Assembly: GCA_046724555.1 (NCBI GenBank)
Contig: JBKOWU010000017.1
Location: 229-64,228 of the forward strand
Direction: 5' to 3'
DNA: 64,000 bases
From: Thermoproteota archaeon
GTDB taxonomy: Archaea > Thermoproteota > Nitrososphaeria > Nitrososphaerales > Nitrososphaeraceae
Shown: in pieces, positions 1-8,569 of the stretch
Layout: each line of letters begins with the position of its first letter
Numbering within the stretch: position 1 is the stretch's first letter
Notes under the pieces: generated by a model
Told to the model about the DNA's origin: nothing
The model's database searches: none
Seen by the model: only the letters and a program-made list of their open reading frames with translations
Translations under genes and position numbers: made by a program

Positions 1-227
1 TCGTCGATTTCACGGAGCAGTTGGAGGCCCTCGTGCGTGATTAGATAATGCTTAGAATCCTTAACAACGTAATTCTCCATTCTTTCTAAGTGATAGTAGA
101 TCGAACCAGTTGAAAGACCAGTAGCATTTCTTATGTCAGAGAAGCCCGCTGAACCGTTTCTTCCCGCTATTGCTCTGAGAATTTTGATCCGTGTACGCCT
201 TGCGCGTAACTGAGTCTCTCCCGTCAA
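1..227 (-). CDS. ArsR-type winged-helix transcription regulator (partial; C-terminus lies beyond the left window edge)
   Basis: Reverse translation from 227 reads (L)TGETQLRARRTRIKILRAIAGRNGSAGFSDIRNATGLSTGSIYYHLERMENYVVKDSKHYLITHEGLQLLREID. This shows the ArsR/SmtB-like pattern (ILxxI..., F(S)DI...TGLSxxSxxYHLxxL). An in-frame stop lies at 260..258, and TTG at 227..225 is the only plausible start. The frame is open at the window edge, so it is absent from the ORF track. Confidence 0.5.
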   Translation of the reverse strand, partial: MTGETQLRARRTRIKILRAIAGRNGSAGFSDIRNATGLSTGSIYYHLERMENYVVKDSKHYLITHEGLQLLREID

Positions 228-459
228 TACGTTGATTAATTTGATTTTGTCCAGTATTTAAGTTGATAGTTAAAATGTGTTTGCATTTATTTCTTAAGCT
301 TGTCAATATTTTTGGGTGTGGACAGACCTACCTAGATCGTTAAAACAATAAAAATGTGTCAGTATCCAACTATTACAATCGTGATGCCTTAGGTAACATA
401 TTGATAGTACGCAAGACTTATACACACATTCTGTTGTATTCTTAATACTTTTCGAACGT

Positions 460-596
460 GGGGTCGTAGCGAAGCCAGGCATCGCAACGGGCTCCAGATC
501 CAACGATTAGAGGCTAGTGTTAGAAGAAACCCGTGGATCAAGGGTTCAATTGACGATTGGTTTGGAACCATGTCAGAACAGATCCCTTCGGCCCCA
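460..596 (+). tRNA. trnW: tRNA-Trp (anticodon CCA) with two introns (498..528 at 37/38; 550..581 inside the T-loop)
   Basis: Hand fold. Acceptor GGGGTCG (460-466) pairs with CGGCCCC (589-595); U8 A9 are present. D arm is GCGA-AGCCAGGCA-TCGC. Anticodon stem ACGGG (487-491) pairs with CCCGT (530-534), with loop C-U-CCA-G / A split by 31 nt. Variable loop is GGATC. T stem AAGGG (540-544) pairs with CCCTT (584-588), with loop TTCAA + 32 nt + AT. Discriminator is A596 and no CCA is encoded. Spliced length is 74 nt. It is a local GC-rich island in AT-rich DNA. Confidence 0.85.
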
Positions 597-1072
597 CTTC
601 ATCTCTATATCCATCACTGCATCCCTTCCAAAGTTAACTAATGAGAATTTAACAGTACTTGCCACATTGGCCCTTCTCACGAAATTTGGATATTAGTTGA
701 AGCTTCTTCTGACGTAAGTACTTTGACCAGTCTGGGATAATTTTAAACCAGAGGTTTGCAAAAAACCCACTTCGACATTCCCTTTGAGTGATCGAAAAGT
801 GGCATTCGCCTCTTATACGTAATTTCCAGTAGTGCTCAATGCAGGTTAAATATCTTCTCTGGCTCTTTCCTTCACTCAGGTATAAACAGCCTCCAGCTGC
901 AGATTCCTTTAATTGGATTCAAACATGAAATCTTTCCTCTCACAGATCTCTAACTCCTAATTTGTGAGACCGCTTACAAAGACAATCAAGTTCTTTCTTT
1001 GCCAGGTAGGATCGTTATCCAATGCATTGAAGTGACTCTTGACGACCGCTGCTTTGATTATAAAGATATTTC

Positions 1073-1360
1073 TTACGCACTTGTTTTCATTTTTTTATAT
1101 TGATACCATACAGCAAATCTAGTTGTGCCTACTCCTATAGCAATTATGATTAGAGCACATGACAGAAATATGGGTTTAACTACAAATCGGATCGAATCTG
1201 GCGCGGTAGAATAGAATTGGCATTTTTCATATGGTCTTTGAGATCTTTGACATTCTTTTATCATAGGAAATGCCAGTAAAACTATTATAAACGTAATAAG
1301 CAAGGCCAGTCCTATTGTCGAGAAAATTGCTCCTGACTTTTCTATCTGTTTTAATTCCAA
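1073..1360 (-). CDS. small membrane protein (two hydrophobic segments), function unknown
   Basis: A 95-aa ORF with two clear hydrophobic stretches (IGLALLITFIIVLLAFPMI and IFLSCALIIIAIGVGT). No recognisable family. Confidence 0.4.
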   Translation of the reverse strand: MELKQIEKSGAIFSTIGLALLITFIIVLLAFPMIKECQRSQRPYEKCQFYSTAPDSIRFVVKPIFLSCALIIIAIGVGTTRFAVWYQYKKMKTSA

Positions 1361-1396
1361 TATCTATAATTTTGTTCCGCTTCAATTTGTTTCTTG

Positions 1397-2203
1397 TTAT
1401 ACAGATGAAATTTGACTAGTATCCAGCGTCGCAAACCGATATAGGCTGCTTTGCGATACCCTTACAAAGCGGTCATTATAGTAGTTATAATCTAGTGTAT
1501 TTCCAATATGCCTATGCCATAAATCGTGTATGAAATCCAAATATTCCTTTCTATTTTTACCCTTCATTCTCATAACTTCATGGGATAATAAATGTGATAT
1601 TTTAGTACAGTTATTATCTGCGAAAAACCTAGCGCGTTCACTTTGTGATGTATCAGCAGATGGTCTCTTCCAGTAAACCATGCCAAAATTCTCACTTGAA
1701 TATCCTTCCGTTTGACAATCCGTCCAAAAGGGGCTAAAATATGCCAAATAGAAATGATAAATTCCTTTTCCTCTTTGAGCGTGGTCTCTCAAAAGATAAT
1801 CCAGTGACATTCTATCAAATATTTTTCCAGGAATAACTGGTAAGATGTCTGCATCTACGTTAAAATCTATATGGAAATGACGTCTGATCCACCAATGATA
1901 AAACCTGGACATTGAATGGACATAATCCCAATCCTCATTTCGCCTTGTCTGCCATTCTTGATCCTTGGCCACGTAAATGAAAAATAACTTCTTATTTGAC
2001 AATTCTAAATAATTTTCATTAGAGAGCATATAATAAAAACCATCTACCGCGATCGATTTGTCTCTATTGTCTTGTACCGAGCCAATCTCAATTGCTTGCA
2101 GGTAACAACACGTAACGATCGTTTCTACGATCGATACAGGTGAATGGTTTTTCCCAAAGGTGCTATCAGCCGACAGACAAGTGGACATATACGTACATAA
2201 CAA
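1397..2203 (-). CDS. hypothetical protein (Trp/His/Tyr-rich, no family recognised)
   Basis: A 268-aa ORF, the longest frame in the region, with protein-like composition. I recognise no diagnostic motif. Confidence 0.55.
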   Translation of the reverse strand: MLCTYMSTCLSADSTFGKNHSPVSIVETIVTCCYLQAIEIGSVQDNRDKSIAVDGFYYMLSNENYLELSNKKLFFIYVAKDQEWQTRRNEDWDYVHSMSRFYHWWIRRHFHIDFNVDADILPVIPGKIFDRMSLDYLLRDHAQRGKGIYHFYLAYFSPFWTDCQTEGYSSENFGMVYWKRPSADTSQSERARFFADNNCTKISHLLSHEVMRMKGKNRKEYLDFIHDLWHRHIGNTLDYNYYNDRFVRVSQSSLYRFATLDTSQISSV

Positions 2204-2366
2204 GAGAATGCGATTGAAAAATCGGTGCTATTATATAGATCAGCCATGCTATTAATTGCTCTATTGTAGATGCTCTTATTACATTGGAAATAAATTAGGA
2301 CTATTCATATTTATATATACACTAATATCACAGATAAGTTCTTAATTCGGAAGAGATAAAATCCAG

Positions 2367-2780
2367 GTGGTGTTTTGTGTGTCATTTAGAAGGATAAGCG
2401 CTGTGGTCCTAGTTGTCTCTAACGCGAAGAGATCGATTAATTTTTATAAGAATATCCTTGGGCTACCCGTTAAAAGGCAATCTAAAGACTGGACTGAATT
2501 CTTCCATGATCGGACTGTCCTAGCTTTGCATCCAGCTAAGAAGAAAGACAAACTGAAATCCGGATCAAGCATGCTGATAGGATTTATGGTTAATGACCTT
2601 GATTCTTCTGTCAAACAGTTGAAGAAGAAGAGGGTAAAGTTCTTTAAACAGCCGAAGAATGAACCCTTTGGCAAACACACGATTATTCTCGACCCAGACG
2701 GTCATTTGATCTCGATAGCTGAGCTGAAGGAAAAATCTACAGAGGGATTTGATCTTTTGGGACTAGTTGGCGCAGAGTAA
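2367..2780 (+). CDS. VOC/glyoxalase-bleomycin resistance family protein
   Basis: Contains ...VSNAKRSINFYKNILGLPV... and ...GKHTIILDPDGHLISI..., the typical beta-alpha-beta-beta-beta glyoxalase-fold motifs. The GTG start at 2367 is uncertain. Confidence 0.75.
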   Translation: MVFCVSFRRISAVVLVVSNAKRSINFYKNILGLPVKRQSKDWTEFFHDRTVLALHPAKKKDKLKSGSSMLIGFMVNDLDSSVKQLKKKRVKFFKQPKNEPFGKHTIILDPDGHLISIAELKEKSTEGFDLLGLVGAE

Positions 2781-2919
2781 AAAAGATCTCGCGTTGGTTC
2801 AATAGCAAGGAACTATTGCATGTAGAATACTCTATGAATTATCTAAAACAAAAAATATTTCTGATTTCATGTTGTAATTTCAATTATCGCATCTCATTTT
2901 CTACCTTCAATAACCTGGA

Positions 2920-3420
2920 TTACTCGTGAATCACGAGCAGGACGCAAAGTTCAAGCTAACTTCCATCCTGCTTTAATAGGCTCGAGTATTCGTCAGCAGT
3001 CCTTTCCCTTCCAGATGCTACACACATCATATGTATATCATCAGTTTTGAAAAGTGGGCTTGATTCGGATCAGGAACTATATGCTAGGCAATAAATAACC
3101 TTGCATGTTCAGGAGAAGATGCATAAATATTAGACAGTATCCTGGCATTCTGCGTCACTCCAATCATGAAGGATCATTTTCGTTATATATGCATCTGCAA
3201 AAGGAATTTGGCTATTACTAAACATATCTCCATTGACGTAAGAATACGGCTCCTAACTTCGGTGCTAATAATTGTTCCTTGTTACTAATTACTAATCTAA
3301 TTACAGATGACAACGTCGTGCCTTTACTTGTATCAACAGTAGCAGAATCCATGCCTAATTGGAGGGCTCCCACCTGGAAGTCACTGTAGGCACTACGATA
3401 AAGCATAATTTCCCAGTCAT
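2920..3420 (-). pseudogene. decayed class-II (plant/bacterial type) O-methyltransferase remnant
   Basis: Reverse frames give YVNGDMFSNSQIPFADAYITKMILHDWSDAECQDTV* (3240..3130) and ...GRERTADEYSSLLKQDG.* (about 3012..2958). A degenerate SAM-binding stretch TVDTSKGT lies in the 62-aa ORF 3218..3406. The pieces are in different frames with internal stops, and the N-terminal third is missing. Confidence 0.7.
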
Positions 3421-3423
3421 CGT

Positions 3424-4974
3424 ATGATGATGATAATGGACATTAAAGATGATTTAGAGCGTATAGCTAAGGGAGAAATTCTATCTGACAGCTGGAGTAC
3501 AGAAATATATTCTGTTGATGCAAGCAATTACAAAATAAGACCATCATTGATAGTGTGCCCTGAAAGTGAAGATGATATACAAGAAGTGTGTCGATACTGT
3601 TTTTCGAAAAATGTACCTGTAACAGCAAGGGGAGCCGGGACCAGTCTCCTTGGCCAGTCGCTGTCTGATAGTGTGCTCATTGACTTTACGAAACATATGA
3701 ATAAGATAAGTGAAATTGCAGATGATTATGTCATAATCGAACCCGGCATAGTCAAAGGAGTTTTAGATAGAGAATTAAAAAAGAAAGGTAAATTTCTTCC
3801 CCCCGACCCTGCAAGCAGTAATTACTGCACCATAGGAGGCATGATCGCAAATAATTCAAGTGGATCTCATTGTTTGAGTTATGGTAATACAATAGATTTT
3901 CTAAAAGAAATTCGAGTTACTTATTCTGATGGTAGTTCTGGATTACTTGGAGATATAAAACGCACTGCTGTTGGAGAATTAGGCAACGACGCAAACGGGA
4001 GATTAATGAAAAGTTTGTTTGAATTGTTGTGCGATCACTCTGTCGCAATAAAAGAACATTATCCACAGGTGTCAAAGAATTCATGCGGCTACAGGCTTGA
4101 TGCACTAATCAATGACGAGTATTTTTCTCCCCAGAAAATATTTGCTGCATCTGAAGGTACTTTAGGCATTGTGACCTCTGCTAAGATGAAGATTATAGAC
4201 ATCCCAATGTATCGTCATTTGCTTGTATTAGGTTTTGAAAATTTATTATCTGCGGTGTACGTAGTCCCGCTCATTTTACAATCTAATCCTACTGCTCTTG
4301 AATTGCTTGATCACTCTGTTTTTTCCTTTCAGGAAATCACACAAGGGAGAGGGAATAATAACACGGTAACAGGTAGTATCGATTGTCTGCTATTCGTAGA
4401 ATTCGCAGGAGATGACTTGACCGACATCGAAATAAATGTCAAGTCATGCTTGAACAAATTGTCTTATAGATGTACGCTTATAGAAAGTGTAGCTGATGAA
4501 CAGAGTATTGTAAGGATATGGCAGGCAAGAAAAAATGCGTTGAATCGGATCATGAAATTAACTATTGGTAGCAGAAAACCAATTGGGCTAATAGAAGATA
4601 CAGTGGTCAGCCCTTATCTACTATATGAATATACACAATATTTACAACAAATATATACTCGTTACAAACTAGACTATGTAATCTATGGTCATGCTGGAGA
4701 CGGCAACTTGCATACAAGACCACTAATGGATGTCAATTCCAAGTCTGAGATTGAATTGTTACAAAATCTGGCCCAGGATGTTTTTAATAAAGTCGTCCGA
4801 TCTGGTGGAACTATTACAGGAGAACACGGCGACGGTCTCGCTAGAACAAGATATATCGAATATATGTATGCGGGTGAGATCGTTTCACTTTTCAAGGAAG
4901 TAAAAAAGTTATTTGATCCAAAATTTATTATGAATCCAGGTAAAAAAGTTATTCGATCCAGTTCACTGATCTGA
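3424..4974 (+). CDS. FAD-linked oxidase (GlcD / D-lactate dehydrogenase-like)
   Basis: A 516-aa ORF. The FAD_binding_4-type motif PVTARGAGTSLLGQS is present, together with the C-terminal GGTITGEHGDGLAR motif typical of GlcD/Dld-type flavoenzymes. Confidence 0.85.
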   Translation: MMMIMDIKDDLERIAKGEILSDSWSTEIYSVDASNYKIRPSLIVCPESEDDIQEVCRYCFSKNVPVTARGAGTSLLGQSLSDSVLIDFTKHMNKISEIADDYVIIEPGIVKGVLDRELKKKGKFLPPDPASSNYCTIGGMIANNSSGSHCLSYGNTIDFLKEIRVTYSDGSSGLLGDIKRTAVGELGNDANGRLMKSLFELLCDHSVAIKEHYPQVSKNSCGYRLDALINDEYFSPQKIFAASEGTLGIVTSAKMKIIDIPMYRHLLVLGFENLLSAVYVVPLILQSNPTALELLDHSVFSFQEITQGRGNNNTVTGSIDCLLFVEFAGDDLTDIEINVKSCLNKLSYRCTLIESVADEQSIVRIWQARKNALNRIMKLTIGSRKPIGLIEDTVVSPYLLYEYTQYLQQIYTRYKLDYVIYGHAGDGNLHTRPLMDVNSKSEIELLQNLAQDVFNKVVRSGGTITGEHGDGLARTRYIEYMYAGEIVSLFKEVKKLFDPKFIMNPGKKVIRSSSLI

Positions 4975-5404
4975 ATTTTGAAGTTTAGTTAAATTGCATA
5001 TTATATGCCCCTATACAATTCAGATTGCATTTACCCCCACGTGTCACATTCGAGTAACTACACTTCTAAATTAGTTTAGCTTGTATAGGCATAGCTAGTT
5101 TATGAAATAGGCTTTAAACAAGTATAAAAAAAGCAACAGCATAATGCTAAATTGCGGTATTCCTTATTTCTTCCTCACAAAAAAAGGGCAACAATATGAT
5201 CAAAACAAATAAGAATCTATCTGCGGATCTATCGATCTCAAGAATCATCTTAAAGGATTGTGAACATCATAAGCTAATTTTCAGACTCGAACTAGAATCT
5301 TTTGTTAAAGCGCATATGCGCGAAGCCCAATTCTTGACCATTTTATGTTTCAATAGATGTGGCTTGATCTTCATTTTTATTTATCATAATACATAATCTA
5401 TGGA

Positions 5405-5641
5405 ATGAAGTTAACCGGCCTTTTTGGCTTTGTTATGATGATGTGGATAATAATTTTAGTAGAATCAGCGTTCTTAGTATTTGTTGTACCTATTGTGGAT
5501 CGTATATTGCTCAGAAATGGATATGGTAGGTTAATCGTATCTTCGATTGAAGCATTAATATCTATTTCATCAGTACTCATGTTAATTTTTTTGCTAAATA
5601 AAATGAAGAACATATATATGCAAAAGAAACTTCAATTGTAA
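5405..5641 (+). CDS. small membrane protein (putative)
   Basis: A 78-aa ORF with two strongly hydrophobic helices. It competes with an antisense ORF (5398..5613) that looks less protein-like. Confidence 0.3.
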   Translation: MKLTGLFGFVMMMWIIILVESAFLVFVVPIVDRILLRNGYGRLIVSSIEALISISSVLMLIFLLNKMKNIYMQKKLQL

Positions 5642-5795
5642 AATCCAGTTAACGGTCATCTCGTTAAGTTGATGACTCAAGAGTTATCCCCTAATAGAAA
5701 GGTGCATGAGTAAATTATCGTCTTATACGCAGGTATCCAATCCTCTGTAACTTGCTATACACTCTAGCCAGGACACTTGTACTTGTTATACTAGT

Positions 5796-6605
5796 CTAGA
5801 TCTTCTGCGAGTGCCTTGTGTCTAGATTAGCTTCTGATATGTGATTCGGTGATTTGGTATATATTTTAAATTTTTTGTGAATCATTGTACCATATTGAAT
5901 CGCTTTTTTTGGCTTCATGGCAGATTCTTCTGGAATACCTATAGAAAGCGCTGTTTCTCTTAAGATGTGCTTCCGAACAAAGTCATTTGAACCAGTTATC
6001 TTCTGATCAATATCGATATTTTTAGCAAAGGCGATGAATTTTTCTGTTAGAAAAGGCTTTTTCAATTTTATTCCCATTTCACAACTTACGGTTTCTATCT
6101 CGCTCATAAGCTCTAATTCATTTATGATTTTTTCATCCACTAGTTTTGCTATATAGCGTCTTCCCCGACCATAAACCAGTCTATATTCATTGTACCCGCA
6201 AAACAACTCATCGCAACCATTTGCAGTCAAAACTTGCTGGAAGCCACTTCTATTGGCTAACTTTGCAATGTGGAAATATGCAATACAATTTTCGATATGG
6301 GACACATTCTCACAGTCTATTATATGCGTCACATGTGATAAAACTTCGTAAAATTCTTGTTCATCCAATGTGTAAATGTGATGAGGCAACCCAATTTTTG
6401 AGGCAATTACCTTTGAAAATTCTATGTCCTGAGAATTCGAAAATCCTATAGTCAATAGAGTGACTTCAAACCCGAGATCCTTACAAATTTTTGCTAGCAG
6501 TGTACTATCTAGACCGCCGGAGAAAGCAACTGCTACCGACGAATCAATATCCGTAGACTCTACCACTGCAGTAAATAAGGCATTCTTTAAAACAGATAGC
6601 AACAT
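5796..6605 (-). CDS. asparagine synthase C-terminal-domain-like PP-loop ATP pyrophosphatase
   Basis: Has the PP-loop AFSGGLDSTLLAKI near the N-terminus and ANGCDELFCGY further on, as in the AsnB synthetase domain. No glutaminase domain is present. Confidence 0.7.
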   Translation of the reverse strand: MLLSVLKNALFTAVVESTDIDSSVAVAFSGGLDSTLLAKICKDLGFEVTLLTIGFSNSQDIEFSKVIASKIGLPHHIYTLDEQEFYEVLSHVTHIIDCENVSHIENCIAYFHIAKLANRSGFQQVLTANGCDELFCGYNEYRLVYGRGRRYIAKLVDEKIINELELMSEIETVSCEMGIKLKKPFLTEKFIAFAKNIDIDQKITGSNDFVRKHILRETALSIGIPEESAMKPKKAIQYGTMIHKKFKIYTKSPNHISEANLDTRHSQKI

Positions 6606-6910
6606 TTGTCGTACACTCTGTTGTATATAAAAATGGGTAATTTTTTCATTTGTGTATGTTAAAGACTATCATCCTACAGATAAGTTCGCATGTTGAGCGT
6701 GGAGTCATTGGCTAACGATAAGGCCATGCATGCTATTCAGAGACTTTTTAGCTGACTTTCACTATATATTAAAAAACTGCATTTCACGTCGATTACTATA
6801 GTGTATATAGATTTTTAGTCTTTAAGGGTTGGCTATAAAATCGCCAATAGTATATATAGAAATGGATTATATGTAAAATCTGTTGTAATTTTTGGTGAAG
6901 AATAATTTAG

Positions 6911-7720
6911 ATGGAAAGATTTGAGCTTGATAGAGACATTAGGTATATTGATGGCCATGGCAATTTGCTGCGAAGTAGAACTGAGCATGCAGTTTCAAAA
7001 TTGCTGTCTTTTTTGGGACATGAATATGAACACGATGTAAAACTTCACCTTGGGGATGGTGATTATATCACAGTTGACTTTAAGGTTGGCGATCTATATA
7101 TAGAGATTATAGATTCTGAAGCCGACATCGATAAATTCAAAAATATACAAAGCACTGTTCCTGATCTAAAGATTATTGCATTTGGTCATTCAAGGTTTGC
7201 AGGCAGGGCTAATGAACTCGAATCATTATTCTTCTTCAATTTCGGCGACACCCAGACAGGTTCTATATTCATAGAAGATCCCTCTCTTGCTTTTGATTAT
7301 GCACATATTCTGCCTCTTGTAGAAAAATGCTCTATTCTACATGGACATACATCTACGATTATGGTTGAGATTATTGGTGAAATGAAAGATAATCTGGTTA
7401 TAGACTTTGGAGAAGCTAAGAGAATAATCAAAGACACATTGAGTACAATTGATCACAAATTCTTCATCAGCAAAAAGTACTTGAAAAAAGAAGACGATAC
7501 CCATTATTACGTGGCGTTCGAAGGGCCAAAAGGATATTTTGATCTCCAATTACCTAAGATGACGACCTTTCTTCTTAGAGGAGAAGCCACAGTGGAAACC
7601 CTATCAACTGAGATAATAAAGCTGCTTGCTCCTAAAATGCCATCGAATGTACAAGCATTAGGCGTATATGTTTACGAAGGAGTAAATAAAGGATCTCATA
7701 TCATTTCAGAAATAATATAG
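6911..7720 (+). CDS. QueD / 6-pyruvoyl-tetrahydropterin synthase-like domain fused to an N-terminal PD-(D/E)xK-like domain
   Basis: The C-terminal half has FDYAHIL...CSILHGHTSTIMVEI...VIDFGEAK...IDHKF, the PTPS/QueD signature. The N-terminal ~120 aa (RSRTEHAVSKLLSFLGHEYEHDV...ITVDFKVGDLYIEII) resembles a restriction-endonuclease-fold module. Confidence 0.65.
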   Translation: MERFELDRDIRYIDGHGNLLRSRTEHAVSKLLSFLGHEYEHDVKLHLGDGDYITVDFKVGDLYIEIIDSEADIDKFKNIQSTVPDLKIIAFGHSRFAGRANELESLFFFNFGDTQTGSIFIEDPSLAFDYAHILPLVEKCSILHGHTSTIMVEIIGEMKDNLVIDFGEAKRIIKDTLSTIDHKFFISKKYLKKEDDTHYYVAFEGPKGYFDLQLPKMTTFLLRGEATVETLSTEIIKLLAPKMPSNVQALGVYVYEGVNKGSHIISEII

Positions 7721-7742
7721 AAAGATTAGATCAGATTACATA

Positions 7743-8399
7743 ATGAGCAAATCAAAAAAAGCACTCGTCATGCTTTCTGGTGGAATAGATTCATCTACGT
7801 GCCTTTATTGGGCCAAAAGAAAATTTTCTGACGTTCTAGCCATTACATTTAATTATTATGGAAGACTTAAAAATGAAAAGAAGGCTACAGTCCAGTTAGC
7901 TAGAAGAGCAGCTGTTACAAACTTACTGGAAGTCAACCTTCCTTTTATTAAGGAATACTCCGATTTTTATAACAGCCATCCTTTACAGGACAACTTCGAT
8001 CTGAGGCTATCATCATATATTCCTGCGAGGAATATGATATTTTATTCGATATGTGCACATTATTCAGAATTTCTGGATATTAAATGGATCATAGGAGGAC
8101 ATAATAGTCAAGATGCTGAATTTTTCAAAGATGCAGCAAAAGGGTATATCAAAAAGATAAACTCTCTTTTAAAGCAAGGACGTCCGATAATTGGCAGAAA
8201 TACACCGACGATATTGCTGCCGTTGGTGAATATGGACAGGCAGAAGGTGATCAGTCTTGCGCTCAAAATAGATGTACCATTAGAATTGACATGGAGTTGT
8301 CACAATGAAGGAGAAACACACTGCGGACAATGTTATTCATGTTCTCAAAGATTTGTCGCGTTTAAGTCTTTGGGTATAAAAGATCCCGTCTTTTCTTAA
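7743..8399 (+). CDS. queC: 7-cyano-7-deazaguanine (preQ0) synthase
   Basis: Has the PP-loop LSGGIDSSTCLYWA and the C-terminal Zn cluster CHNEGETHCGQCYSCSQR. The 218-aa length is typical of QueC. Confidence 0.9.
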   Translation: MSKSKKALVMLSGGIDSSTCLYWAKRKFSDVLAITFNYYGRLKNEKKATVQLARRAAVTNLLEVNLPFIKEYSDFYNSHPLQDNFDLRLSSYIPARNMIFYSICAHYSEFLDIKWIIGGHNSQDAEFFKDAAKGYIKKINSLLKQGRPIIGRNTPTILLPLVNMDRQKVISLALKIDVPLELTWSCHNEGETHCGQCYSCSQRFVAFKSLGIKDPVFS

Positions 8400-8569
8400 A
8401 TGGGTACGGTTTCAATATTAACTATTCTATTGAAAACATGACGACGATGCTGCTATATAGCACTACTAGTATGTGCGATATCACATGGTAATTTTCTGTT
8501 ATTACTATAAAATAGCGCTATATGTCAACGTTAATAACCGTATAAATGTGCTAGTAAAGAAAACAAAAA

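Noticed and set aside
303-571. Listed minus-strand ORFs 303..503 and 389..571.
   Set aside because: They overlap the well-folding tRNA-Trp gene on the opposite strand. Their sequence is not protein-like and has no family resemblance, so they are treated as spurious.
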